From Dehalococcoidales bacterium (GTDB lineage Bacteria; Chloroflexota; Dehalococcoidia; Dehalococcoidales; RBG-16-60-22): a stretch of 64,000 bases of DNA. Made by a program: the position numbers and the translations under genes. The stretch spans positions 8,181 through 72,180 of the forward strand of contig JAQTMM010000001.1 of NCBI GenBank assembly GCA_028714335.1, written 5' to 3'. Shown here piece after piece: positions 54,066-63,112 of this stretch. The notes beneath the pieces are model-generated. The model saw only the letters and a program-made list of their open reading frames with translations. It was not told where the DNA came from and did not search any database. Numbering within the stretch: position 1 is the first letter of the stretch; each line of letters starts with the position of its first letter.

Positions 54066-54962
54066 TTAACCGATTTCTTCTAAAGCTTTTTGTAAATCTG
54101 GCGGGAGGGGCGATTCAAGGGTAATTTCCTTGCCGGTGGAGGGTTGTTTAAAGGTGATTTTGGCGGCGTGGAGGAACTGGCGGGGAAAGCGGGAGGACTT
54201 TAATCCGTAGGTAATGTCGCCGGCTACGGGGAAGTTGATAGCCGCCAGGTGCACCCTAATCTGGTGGGTACGCCCGGTCTCCGGTTTGATTTCCAGCAGA
54301 GTGTATTTGCCGACATAATTAACGACATGGTATTCGGTACGCGCCTCTCGCCCTTTAGCGACGACGGCCATACGCTGGCGGTGGGCGGGGTCGCGGCCGA
54401 TAGCGGCTTCAATAGTGCCCCTCTCCGGCGTTAGTTTGCCATGCACCAGAGCGATATAAGTCTTTTTAACGACGCGGTCTTTGAATTGCCTGGAGAGGTT
54501 CGCCTGGGCAACGCGGTTCTTGGCGATAATAATCAGTCCGGAAGTGTCTTTGTCCAAGCGGTGGACTATGCCGGGGCGGAGTGAATCGGCGTCTTTAACG
54601 AGGGAGGGCAAGTAGTTCAAGACAGCATTAGCGACAGTGAACGAGGGGTGGCCGGGAGCGGGGTGGACGGGCAGACCCGCCGGTTTATCCACAACAAGTA
54701 AATCGTCGTCTTCATAAACTATTTTTAAAGGGATATTTTTCGGTTCGAGGCGGGAGGGGAGTTCGGGGGGAATAGAAATATCTACTTTATCGCCGGTGTT
54801 GAGCTTTAGGCTGGGTTTTGCCGGTTCACCGTTGACAGTAATAAAGCCGTCACGGATAAGCTGCTGGGCGTGGGTGCGCGAGAGTTCAGGGCACCTGTCC
54901 CCGGCAAACTTGTCGAGGCGTACTCCGGCGGCATCGGCGACGAAGGAATACTCCTTAGTCAT
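54066..54962 (-). CDS. rluD: RluA-family 23S rRNA pseudouridine synthase (RluD-like) with N-terminal S4 domain
   Basis: 298 aa with catalytic block HRLDKDTSGLIIIAK and GRTHQIRVH. Confidence 0.9.
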   Translation of the reverse strand: MTKEYSFVADAAGVRLDKFAGDRCPELSRTHAQQLIRDGFITVNGEPAKPSLKLNTGDKVDISIPPELPSRLEPKNIPLKIVYEDDDLLVVDKPAGLPVHPAPGHPSFTVANAVLNYLPSLVKDADSLRPGIVHRLDKDTSGLIIIAKNRVAQANLSRQFKDRVVKKTYIALVHGKLTPERGTIEAAIGRDPAHRQRMAVVAKGREARTEYHVVNYVGKYTLLEIKPETGRTHQIRVHLAAINFPVAGDITYGLKSSRFPRQFLHAAKITFKQPSTGKEITLESPLPPDLQKALEEIG

Positions 54963-55464
54963 CTTTACTTTTAAACAAACCCGAATAAAAAATCAGGCGG
55001 TAAGCAATAATAATGGCGCCGACTACGGTACACATATCAGCCACATTAAAAGCCGGCCAAATTTTAAAATCGAGGAAGTCGGTGACATGCCCCTGGCGGA
55101 TGCGGTCAATCAGGTTATTACCGATAGTGCCGGCCGTCACCATCGCCATTGAAACGATAACCCAGTTGTTGCGCAGGAAGGCGATGCGATTACGCATGAA
55201 TAAAGCCAGATACATGATAACCAGAACGCCGATTATGGCAATAACGATAATGAGTAGTGAATAACCCTTTAAAATCCCAAAGGACGCGCCCGTGTTCTGG
55301 ATATGGTCAATCTGGAAAAAACCAAAATCAACAAATACTTCACCGGGGAGCAGGCTTGCCCGGATTAAAGCCTTGGTAACCTGGTCGGCAATGACGACGA
55401 AAACGACGACACTGCAGAAGATTATATCCCGCCACTTATCTCTGGCGGGGCGCAACTTTTCCAT
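54955..55464 (-). CDS. lspA: Lipoprotein signal peptidase (signal peptidase II)
   Basis: 169 aa with 4 TM segments and blocks NTGASFG and FNVAD. It overlaps the rluD start by 8 nt. Confidence 0.9.
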   Translation of the reverse strand: MEKLRPARDKWRDIIFCSVVVFVVIADQVTKALIRASLLPGEVFVDFGFFQIDHIQNTGASFGILKGYSLLIIVIAIIGVLVIMYLALFMRNRIAFLRNNWVIVSMAMVTAGTIGNNLIDRIRQGHVTDFLDFKIWPAFNVADMCTVVGAIIIAYRLIFYSGLFKSKDD

Positions 55465-55870
55465 TCTTTGCTAATGACGCTTTACAATTTAGACACAGGA
55501 CCGACTGTGGACGCGCCTCTAAACGCTCCGGGTTAATAGGCTCGCCGCAGCTTTCGCATAAACCATAGGTGCCTTTTTCTATTTTGGATAAAGCGTGCTC
55601 GACGGAAGCCATCTCCTTGCGGACGCGATTCTCCAGAGCGAGGCGTTTTTCCAGCTCCAGAGTCTCGGTGGCTTCTTCTTCGCGTTTGCCAAAGGGGCTG
55701 CCCTCGCGCCGCTCTTCAGCGGTGGAGGCATTGTTGTGCAATGCCTCCAGTTCTTCGCCAAGGCGCTTATATTCAATTTTCAGTTGTTCTTGATGTTTTT
55801 TGTACTGTTCCACGATAGCCCCCTGCATCCGCTTCTTTTGCACATAGTGTGAAGCTTTTTGGAATATCAC
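55436..55870 (-). CDS. DksA/TraR-family C4 zinc-finger protein
   Basis: Coiled-coil N-terminus plus CESCGEPINPERLEARPQSVLCLNC. The true start may be ATG 55828, because a TTAACA-16-TATAGT promoter-like element overlaps GTG 55870. Confidence 0.75.
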   Translation of the reverse strand: MIFQKASHYVQKKRMQGAIVEQYKKHQEQLKIEYKRLGEELEALHNNASTAEERREGSPFGKREEEATETLELEKRLALENRVRKEMASVEHALSKIEKGTYGLCESCGEPINPERLEARPQSVLCLNCKASLAKNGKVAPRQR

Positions 55871-56163
55871 TATATTCGACTATACATATGTGTTAATACA
55901 CAGGGAATAAGATGAGAAGCGAAAAGGTTTGCGATAGGTTAGTATTAAAGCATCATTGGCCGGCTACTGATGCCAAGCAGCAGCCGGCATCGTATAGCCA
56001 CGGTTAAGACAGGACATTTAGCTGATTTTTCCCCCAGCCAATAAAGCATATCAACAGTGTAAACTATTTATTCCTTTTGGTCAATGGTTTTCTGGCAAAA
56101 TTTTTGAGTATATATTGACGTTTTATGGCAATATGCGAAAAATGGTAGCCCCATAGCGCGTTT

Positions 56164-56430
56164 TTAGGCCTTACGCTGCCCGTATTTGAACTTGGTGAAC
56201 AACAGCCAGCCGTTTAAAACGATGCCGATGGAGTTCCAAATAATAATAGCCGTGAGGTTCAGCATAATGCCGTAAACTAACCAGATAATGATGCCAAGCA
56301 ATAACGACGAGGTGAAAATAAGGCTGATTTCATGGGCGCTTTTTAGCTTGTAAACACGCATAATCTGTGGAATAACCGCAAATGTTGTAAAGACTCCGGC
56401 AATAATACCCAGATATTCTGGTGGGGACAA
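56164..56430 (-). CDS. SemiSWEET / PQ-loop family small membrane transporter
   Basis: 88 aa with 3 TM helices and the PQ motif (FAVIPQIMRV). TTG start has a strong SD aggagg 8 nt upstream. Confidence 0.75.
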   Translation of the reverse strand: MSPPEYLGIIAGVFTTFAVIPQIMRVYKLKSAHEISLIFTSSLLLGIIIWLVYGIMLNLTAIIIWNSIGIVLNGWLLFTKFKYGQRKA

Positions 56431-56671
56431 GGGACTTACCTCCTATTTCGAGAATCGGTCATGATTAATTTTAACATAACCACCCTGTTACGCGTAATTA
56501 AACGCTTAAAACACCCCAAATTCAGGGTTAACACCCATATATTATGGGAAATAGCCTCCTCCGAAAGTCCTTAGGAATAAAGTAACATATGATTGCTAAG
56601 TTAATTATGGGAAAATATTAATAGGGACAATGTCTGTAATTGGCCAACGGATAGAATCAGGAGAATACTAA

Positions 56672-57133
56672 ATGGTAACCACTACTAGAATTAATCGAAC
56701 AGCTGCGCCTAAGGCTAAATACCTCAAGCCATCAGAGGACGTTTTAACCTACACCACCGTCACCCAGTCGCTAAAGCGGATACTGGCCTGTGCCCAGGAA
56801 GAACTGGAATTCATCCGTGAGATGAAAGCCGAAGCAATTCAATACCGTCAGGACGCGCTGAAAAAGGACGATTCCGAAGGCCGTCAACTAATCCTGAACG
56901 CCAGACTAATCAAACACCGCGAAATCGAAGAGGTTGTCCGGCAAGCCGGCGAAGAGATACAGAAGATACTGGCGGACATCAGGATAACGCGCATCAGCCT
57001 GCAGGACGAACTTATTAGAGAAAGCGAAATCGCCGAGGCCAACCGACTCAACGTTATTTTCGACTCGATTAAAGAGGCGTTCCAGAAACCTGAAGGAAAA
57101 AATTTGGCAAAGAACCTGCAACCCTTAAGATAA
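56672..57133 (+). CDS. Hypothetical coiled-coil protein (153 aa)
   Basis: SD aggag lies upstream. The protein is helical and E/R/K-rich with no recognised family. A clean terminator follows. Confidence 0.55.
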   Translation: MVTTTRINRTAAPKAKYLKPSEDVLTYTTVTQSLKRILACAQEELEFIREMKAEAIQYRQDALKKDDSEGRQLILNARLIKHREIEEVVRQAGEEIQKILADIRITRISLQDELIRESEIAEANRLNVIFDSIKEAFQKPEGKNLAKNLQPLR

Positions 57134-57161
57134 AAACCAGATATACCATTCCACGCTTATT

Positions 57162-57195
57162 AACTTCCCTGCCAAAAACAGGGAAGTTTTATTTT
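57162..57195 (+). terminator. Rho-independent terminator
   Basis: 10-bp stem aacttccctg / cagggaagtt with loop ccaaaaa, followed by ttattttg. Confidence 0.8.
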
Positions 57196-57241
57196 GTCGT
57201 TATTTAGGACATGGAGTAAAATGTCAGCAGAGAGGCAATCA

Positions 57242-57898
57242 ATGGGCATCAAGGAAAACGTAAAGCAAATACTAAGTGAACTGCCTCCCGGCGCAGAACT
57301 CGTCGCCGCCGCCAAGACAAAGACGCCGCAGGAAATCATGGAGGCGGTGGCAGGGGGCGTTAGGATAGTCGGGGAGAACTATGTGCAGGAAGCCGAAGCC
57401 GTCATCCAAGTTGTAGGTAGTAAAGTGGCGTGGCACTTCATCGGGCACCTGCAGCGCAATAAAGTAAAAAAAGCCGTTGAGCTTTTCGACATGATAGAGA
57501 CGGTGGACTCCTTAGAACTAGCCGCCGAAATAGACAAAAGGTGTTCCCAAAGCGGCAAGATGATGCCGGTACTCATCGAGGTAAACTCCGGGCGGGAGGT
57601 TCAAAAAGCGGGCGTCATGCCGGAGGAGGTTTTAGGGCTGATTAAGGCAGTAGCGGAACTGAAGAACATAAGGGTGGAGGGGCTAATGACCATGGGGTCT
57701 GCAACCGTGGACGCCGATGAACTACGTAAGAACTTCCGCGAGACCAAGCAACTATTCGACCAGCTAAAGCAGTTACAAATCCCTAACGTGGAAATGAAAT
57801 ACCTTTCAATGGGAATGACGGACTCGTATAAAATAGCCCTGGAGGAAGGGGCTAATATGGTGAGGATTGGGAGTAAGATATTCGGGGCGAGGGGCTAA
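57242..57898 (+). CDS. yggS: YggS-family pyridoxal-phosphate homeostasis protein
   Basis: Contains VAAAKTKTPQEI, the IVGENYVQE block, HFIGHLQRNK and LSMGMTDSY. The TTG 57194 start overlaps the upstream terminator, so ATG 57242 (or 57221) is preferred. Confidence 0.85.
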   Translation: MGIKENVKQILSELPPGAELVAAAKTKTPQEIMEAVAGGVRIVGENYVQEAEAVIQVVGSKVAWHFIGHLQRNKVKKAVELFDMIETVDSLELAAEIDKRCSQSGKMMPVLIEVNSGREVQKAGVMPEEVLGLIKAVAELKNIRVEGLMTMGSATVDADELRKNFRETKQLFDQLKQLQIPNVEMKYLSMGMTDSYKIALEEGANMVRIGSKIFGARG

Positions 57899-59307
57899 CG
57901 GCCGCGGGTTTTAGGGCGGCGGGGGTTAGACTTCAAGTTGCGCTTAACTTCATTACGGAAGTCCGGCGCAATAATGGCAAAGATAACGCTGATATTGCGG
58001 TCCACCAGGCGCGAACTGATAGATGAGTCAACGTCGTTCATGATATCGTCTAAAGTCAGGCGGGTAGTGATAATGGTGGGCAACCTGCTGTTATAGCGGT
58101 AGTTGATAAGCTGGTAAAGCTTTTCCTTCACCCAGGAGTTGGTGGACTGTTCCCCAAAGTCGTCCATAACCAAAAGCGGGGCAGTCTTAACGCTCTCAAA
58201 AAGCTGGTCGTAGGAGATCTTGCTTTCCGGGTTGAAAGCCGAGCGCAGGTGGTCAAGGAAGTCCGGCACAACGACGAATAAAGCGGGTTTACCCATCTCG
58301 TAGCGGTGATTGACAATAGCGGAGGCGAGGTGGGTCTTGCCACAGCCCGTCTCTCCCATAAAGACCAGCCAGCCCTCGGGGTTCTTAGCGAAATCGAAGG
58401 CGAGCCGGTAAGCGGCGTCCATATTATCCTGCTGCTCCATAGATAAATCGGTGCGGCGCTTATAATTAATAAAGGTCATGTTCTTCTGTAATTCAAACTC
58501 CGGCGACCAGGCATAAATAGATGCCGTGGACGCTTCCTCTAAAGCGAAGACGCGGCACAAACGCGTATCGGTAAGGCGCGTTCGTAAACGGTCGTCCAGT
58601 TGGTCTAAAGACACAGATGTGACGATAATCGTCGGCAAGGTAGCGTTAAAGCGTGAGGTCAGGAGCTGGTCGAGTTTTTCCTTTGCCCAGTTGGTACCGG
58701 ACTGTACACCAAGGTCGTCCAGAGCCAGCAGCGGGGCGCTTTTAACCTGCTCGAAAAACTCGTCGTAAGGCGTCTCGCTGTCGGGATTGACTCCAGAGCG
58801 CAGCTTATCAAGCAAATCCGGGGTGGTGATATAGAGGGCGGGAAGACCATTTTCAATGCACTCGTTGACGATAGCCGCCGCCAGGTGGGTTTTACCAGAG
58901 CCGCTGGGCCCACTAAAGACCAGCCAGCCTTCCGGCTTTTCGGCAAACTCTTTGGCGGCTTTAAACGCCTGACTAAAGCGCTCCTGCGCCTGCGTGCTGG
59001 CGGTCCTGCCTTCCGGGAGAAGATTCTCGAAGGTGAAACGAACTAAAGAGCCGAGGTTGGAATACTTCTTAAGGCGCGTAAAGCGTTTATCGTCCTGTTT
59101 TTGCCTGACGCATTTACAGGGCACAGTGCGGCTATAATCCGGCTGCCCTGATGGCAAAAGGGGATGCACCACCCTGGCTCCCTTGCAGATAGGGCAATCC
59201 GTAGCTTTTTGCTCCGGCTCTTCAATGCCGAACGGCGTGTCCGTACTTTCCTTTGAAGTACTTTTGAGGCCCTGTTTCTTTAGTATCTCGCTGATATGTT
59301 CCATCAC
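57895..59307 (-). CDS. DnaC/DnaI-like helicase-loader ATPase with two tandem AAA+ modules and an N-terminal Cys motif
   Basis: 470 aa with CPICKG...PCKC at the N-terminus. Walker A appears twice (GPSGSGKTHLAAAIVNE and GETGCGKTHLASAIVNH) and Walker B twice (LLALDDLG and LLVMDDFG). The two halves align over about 160 aa. Confidence 0.75.
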   Translation of the reverse strand: MMEHISEILKKQGLKSTSKESTDTPFGIEEPEQKATDCPICKGARVVHPLLPSGQPDYSRTVPCKCVRQKQDDKRFTRLKKYSNLGSLVRFTFENLLPEGRTASTQAQERFSQAFKAAKEFAEKPEGWLVFSGPSGSGKTHLAAAIVNECIENGLPALYITTPDLLDKLRSGVNPDSETPYDEFFEQVKSAPLLALDDLGVQSGTNWAKEKLDQLLTSRFNATLPTIIVTSVSLDQLDDRLRTRLTDTRLCRVFALEEASTASIYAWSPEFELQKNMTFINYKRRTDLSMEQQDNMDAAYRLAFDFAKNPEGWLVFMGETGCGKTHLASAIVNHRYEMGKPALFVVVPDFLDHLRSAFNPESKISYDQLFESVKTAPLLVMDDFGEQSTNSWVKEKLYQLINYRYNSRLPTIITTRLTLDDIMNDVDSSISSRLVDRNISVIFAIIAPDFRNEVKRNLKSNPRRPKTRGR

Positions 59308-59929
59308 TGCGGCCTTCTACCGACCAATTCTCCAAAATCTTAGTGATATATCTAATACTTCTTTTATTATGTAAAACTGCCTCTTTAATAGCGTCATGAA
59401 TCCAGCCGGCGGGGTAACGGCTTTCGGCGTCGCGGAGCTCTTCTGATATCATGGGAGTCAACATGCCGATGTTCTGCTCGTAAAGGGTAAAGATATCCGG
59501 CAGCGGTTCGGCGGTAACGGGGATGGCTTTAGCGGCTTTAATCCCCGCCATTTTAAGTTCGCCACTTTTGATTTTCTCCACCACATGGCGGTTCTGTTCG
59601 TCATTGAGGAAGTAGATATCCTGTTGGTTCCCCCCCCCTTCCGTCGTCACACTCACTAAAGCGCCATGGTCAACCGCCAGCTTTAAAGCGCCGCGCAGTT
59701 TTTCCTCCGAGTTATCAATCCCCTGCATCAGAGCGGGGTTTTCCAGTAATTCACTAAAGGCAATAAAGCGCGGCGAGCCTTTCTTAACGTAAAGCGACGC
59801 CATTATATATAAAATGGTTTTTAGTTCGGTAACATCCGTAATCTGCGGCAGTAAGCCGCTAAAGAAAGCGTTAGGCACGGCGGTGTACTGTACCCTGCCG
59901 CCGGACGGGAATCCCTCGAACTTTGTCAT
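59222..59929 (-). CDS. DnaD-domain replication initiation / primosome protein
   Basis: 235 aa. The C-terminal block FTLYEQNIGMLTPMISEELRDAESRYPAGWIHDAIKEAVLHNKRSIRYITKILENW is typical of the DnaD/DnaB_2 domain. It overlaps the dnaB stop by 4 nt. Confidence 0.7.
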   Translation of the reverse strand: MTKFEGFPSGGRVQYTAVPNAFFSGLLPQITDVTELKTILYIMASLYVKKGSPRFIAFSELLENPALMQGIDNSEEKLRGALKLAVDHGALVSVTTEGGGNQQDIYFLNDEQNRHVVEKIKSGELKMAGIKAAKAIPVTAEPLPDIFTLYEQNIGMLTPMISEELRDAESRYPAGWIHDAIKEAVLHNKRSIRYITKILENWSVEGRSDGTYQRDTKETGPQKYFKGKYGHAVRH

Positions 59930-61305
59930 AGCAGTGTCGGCTCCACGCTGCCCAGTGATTCAAATTTTGCCAGTGTATGCCGGAAGCGCAGTTTAATACG
60001 CCCGGTGGGGCCGTTGCGGTGCTTGGCGATAATGACGTCGGCTTCCTCGCGGGGGTATTCGCGGTCGGGATGGGCGGCTATCCACTCTTCTTCGCTCTTA
60101 TAATAATATTCGTCGCGGTAGATAAAGAGAACGACGTCGGCGTCCTGCTCGATGCTGCCGCTTTCACGTAAGTCGGAGAGCTGCGGCTCGTGGGAGGCGC
60201 GCCATTCAACGGCACGGCTTAACTGGGAGACGGCAACCACCGGAGCGTCAATCTCACGCGCCAGCGCTTTAAGAGAACGCGAGATAAGGCTGATTTCCTG
60301 CACGCGGTTTTCGCCGCGGCCGGAGCTTTCGCCCTGCATCAACTGGAGGTAATCCAAAATAACCAAATCAATGCCCCGCTCGTAATTAAGCCGCAGAGCT
60401 TTAGAGCGCATTTCCGCCATGCGAATCATTGGCGTATCATCAATATAAATCGGGGCTTCGGAAAGGACGCCAGTAGCCTCCATGACCTTGCGCTCTTCAT
60501 CTTCCGTCTTGTGCTCGCCAAAGCGGATGCGCCGCGCGTTAATGCCCGATTCGCTGGAGACCAGACGCGTTACTAACGAATCGCGGCTCATTTCCAGGCT
60601 GAAAAGGGCAACCGTAGCGCGGTGCTCGACGGCGGCATTGCGGGCGATGTTCAAAGCCAGACTGGTCTTGCCCATACTGGGGCGTCCGGCAATAATAACC
60701 AAATCGGAGCGCTGCAGCCCGTTGAGCATTTCATCCAGCCCGGCAAAACCGGAGGGGATGAAGGTCAGGCGCTCGGTGCGGTCTTCGGAGGGCGGTGTGA
60801 CTTCAAAGTATTTATCCAGCACCTCGCGGATGTGGGTGAGGTCGTTAGAGCCGCCGCCGCGGCGTAAACGGAAGAGAACACCTTCGGCTTTAGCTAAGCC
60901 TTCCTCGACATCAGGCGCGGCTTCGTAGCCGATGGCTGAAATCTGCTGGCCGGCATTGATGAGCTGGCGCATGATGGAAAGGCGATAGACAATGCGGGCG
61001 TAATGCTCGATGTCCAGCGAGGTAGCGGGAACGGATATTAAATAGCTTAAACGTGCGGCGCCGCCTACTGCATCCAGCTTGCTCTGGCGGGAAAGCTCCT
61101 GCGCCATGGTAACGTTGTTGATAGCTTCGTCGCGCTGGTAAAGCCCTATCGCCGCCTCATAACACAGCCGGTTCGACTCAAAGTAGAAATCGGACGCCTT
61201 CAGAAAATCGGCAATCTGGAAGATAGACGTGCCGTCAATCAGCAATGAGCCGACAACCGCTTCCTCGGCGTCATTGTCGGTAGGCGGGAGTTTGACATCG
61301 TTCAC
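59926..61305 (-). CDS. dnaB: Replicative DNA helicase
   Basis: 459 aa with PPTDNDAEEAVVGSLL, Walker A GRPSMGKTS and Walker B LVILDYLQLM. Confidence 0.95.
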   Translation of the reverse strand: MNDVKLPPTDNDAEEAVVGSLLIDGTSIFQIADFLKASDFYFESNRLCYEAAIGLYQRDEAINNVTMAQELSRQSKLDAVGGAARLSYLISVPATSLDIEHYARIVYRLSIMRQLINAGQQISAIGYEAAPDVEEGLAKAEGVLFRLRRGGGSNDLTHIREVLDKYFEVTPPSEDRTERLTFIPSGFAGLDEMLNGLQRSDLVIIAGRPSMGKTSLALNIARNAAVEHRATVALFSLEMSRDSLVTRLVSSESGINARRIRFGEHKTEDEERKVMEATGVLSEAPIYIDDTPMIRMAEMRSKALRLNYERGIDLVILDYLQLMQGESSGRGENRVQEISLISRSLKALAREIDAPVVAVSQLSRAVEWRASHEPQLSDLRESGSIEQDADVVLFIYRDEYYYKSEEEWIAAHPDREYPREEADVIIAKHRNGPTGRIKLRFRHTLAKFESLGSVEPTLL

Positions 61306-61322
61306 GCGGAATTACTCCTTAA

Positions 61323-62084
61323 TTATTCTGCTGTATCTTCTTTTTTCTTACTCTTAGCTTTAGTTTTCTTTTCTTTTTTAGCTTCAGGAGCAGATTCTTC
61401 CGGTTTCGATTCTTCTTCTTTTACAGCCTTGGGTGTGGGAGCTTCTTCTTTAGCCTCTGCTTTAGCTTTCTTTTGCTTGGCGGGTTTTTCAGCTTTAGCT
61501 TCGGCGGGTTCTCCAGCTTTTTCAGCTACAGGTTCTTCTTCCACCTTGGGAGTTTTTTCTTTCTTGGGTTTCTTTTCTTTCTTAGCTTCCGCCGGTTCTT
61601 CTTCCTTGGGCTTGCGGGTGGGAACCTCGGCGCCTTCAGCATCTGACATGACGGTAACGACGATGCCCGCAGTGATTTCATGAGAGAACCTGACGGTTAC
61701 GTCAAAAACGCCGATATGGCGAATCGGCTCAGCGAGATCAATCCTTTTCTTATCAATCTCGTGGCTGGCAGTCTTATTCAATTCCTCGGCAATGTCGGCG
61801 GCGGTAACCGAGCCATAGAGTTTATCTTTATCGCCGACCTTGGCTTTAAGGGTGATTTCAGTGCCCTTTATTTTATTCGCCAGTTCGGTCATTTCGGCAT
61901 CTTCAAGTTCGCGCTGCTTGACGAGTTTCTTCAGATGCGATTCGAGGGCAGCCGCAGTGGAAGAGGTGGCTAACACCGCCATTTTCCGCGGGAATAGATA
62001 GTTACGGGCGTAGCCGTTAGCGACCTCTTTGGTCTGACCGACCCTGGCAACTCTGGGGACGTCTGTTAAAAAAATGACTTTCAC
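61323..62084 (-). CDS. rplI: 50S ribosomal protein L9 with a roughly 107-aa K/E/A/P-rich C-terminal extension
   Basis: GTG start (VKVIFLTDVPRVARVGQTKEVANGYARNYLFP) has the SD aaggag 6 nt upstream. The canonical L9 ends near VVTVMS and a low-complexity tail follows. Confidence 0.85.
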   Translation of the reverse strand: MKVIFLTDVPRVARVGQTKEVANGYARNYLFPRKMAVLATSSTAAALESHLKKLVKQRELEDAEMTELANKIKGTEITLKAKVGDKDKLYGSVTAADIAEELNKTASHEIDKKRIDLAEPIRHIGVFDVTVRFSHEITAGIVVTVMSDAEGAEVPTRKPKEEEPAEAKKEKKPKKEKTPKVEEEPVAEKAGEPAEAKAEKPAKQKKAKAEAKEEAPTPKAVKEEESKPEESAPEAKKEKKTKAKSKKKEDTAE

Positions 62085-62181
62085 AATATTCTCCTTTTTG
62101 GGTGACAAGTTATTATGACGCAAAGCATAGTTGCACGTCAATATTTACTAACAAAATATTTTGAAAAATCCGGCACAACTG

Positions 62182-63105
62182 TTAACCGCTGATGTATTTT
62201 CCCGCATTAATGGCGGCTACAGCGCCATCGCCGGCGGCGCCGACGACCTGCCGAATGGAGCCGCTTCGGATATCGCCGGCGGCGTAAATGCCGGGGACGT
62301 TGGTCTCCAGCTTTTCATTGGTGACAATAGCTCCAACGGCGTCCAGCGTCACCAGCCCCTTAAGATAGCCGGTGGCGGGCTGGGACCCAACAGCAACAAA
62401 CACGCCGGAAACATCGAGGTTGGACTCCTCATTGGTAACAACGTTGCGGAGTTTAAGCTGTTTGACCAGTTTTTCACCGACTATTTCCAGAACCACCGTA
62501 TCCCAGAGCACGTTAATCTTTTTATCCGTCAGGACTTTTTCCTGCACAATCTTGGTAGCGCGGAGTTCGTGGCGGCGGTGGATAATGGTTACTTTCGTGG
62601 CGAACTTGGTAAGCTCCAAAGCCTCTACAGCCGCGGCGTTGCCGCCCCCAACGACAGCTACCGCTTTATCGCGGAAAAAAGCACCGTCGCAGGTGGCGCA
62701 GTAAGAAACGCCCTTGCCGGAGAATGTATCTTCGCCGGGCACGTTGAGTTTCTGGCGTTCCGCGCCGCCGGCAATAATCACGGCTTTAGCCACAAAATCG
62801 CCCTGCGGCGTCTTCACGACTTTATCTTTACCGTTTACTTCCAGTCCAACGACTTCATCGTAAAGCGTCTCCGCCCCAAACTTTTCCGTCTGCTGGTGCA
62901 TTGCCTGTGTCAGCTCGATGCCGCCGATGCCTTCGGCATAGCCGGGGTAGTTCTCTACCTGGCTAGTGTTGATAATTTGGCCGCCGACGGCCGCTTTCTC
63001 AATCAACAGCGTGGACAGGCGGGCACGGGCGGTATAGATACCGGCGCTTAAGCCGGCAGGCCCGCCGCCGATAATGATAACATCGTATTTCTTTGCGTCA
63101 GCCAT
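62182..63105 (-). CDS. trxB: Thioredoxin-disulfide reductase
   Basis: 307 aa with YDVIIIGGGPAGLSAGIY, redox-active CATCDG and the NADPH motif VVGGGNAA. Confidence 0.95.
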   Translation of the reverse strand: MADAKKYDVIIIGGGPAGLSAGIYTARARLSTLLIEKAAVGGQIINTSQVENYPGYAEGIGGIELTQAMHQQTEKFGAETLYDEVVGLEVNGKDKVVKTPQGDFVAKAVIIAGGAERQKLNVPGEDTFSGKGVSYCATCDGAFFRDKAVAVVGGGNAAAVEALELTKFATKVTIIHRRHELRATKIVQEKVLTDKKINVLWDTVVLEIVGEKLVKQLKLRNVVTNEESNLDVSGVFVAVGSQPATGYLKGLVTLDAVGAIVTNEKLETNVPGIYAAGDIRSGSIRQVVGAAGDGAVAAINAGKYISG

Positions 63106-63112
63106 TAAAATC

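Noticed and set aside
56545-56565. ccgaaagtcc string resembling the RNase P RNA conserved GAAAGUCC block
   Set aside because: The surrounding 240-nt gap is too short and lacks the other universally conserved RNase P helices.
62161-63051. 296-aa plus-strand ORF overlapping trxB
   Set aside because: It is antisense to an unmistakable thioredoxin reductase (CATCDG and two dinucleotide motifs). Its translation is G/A-rich with no family features.
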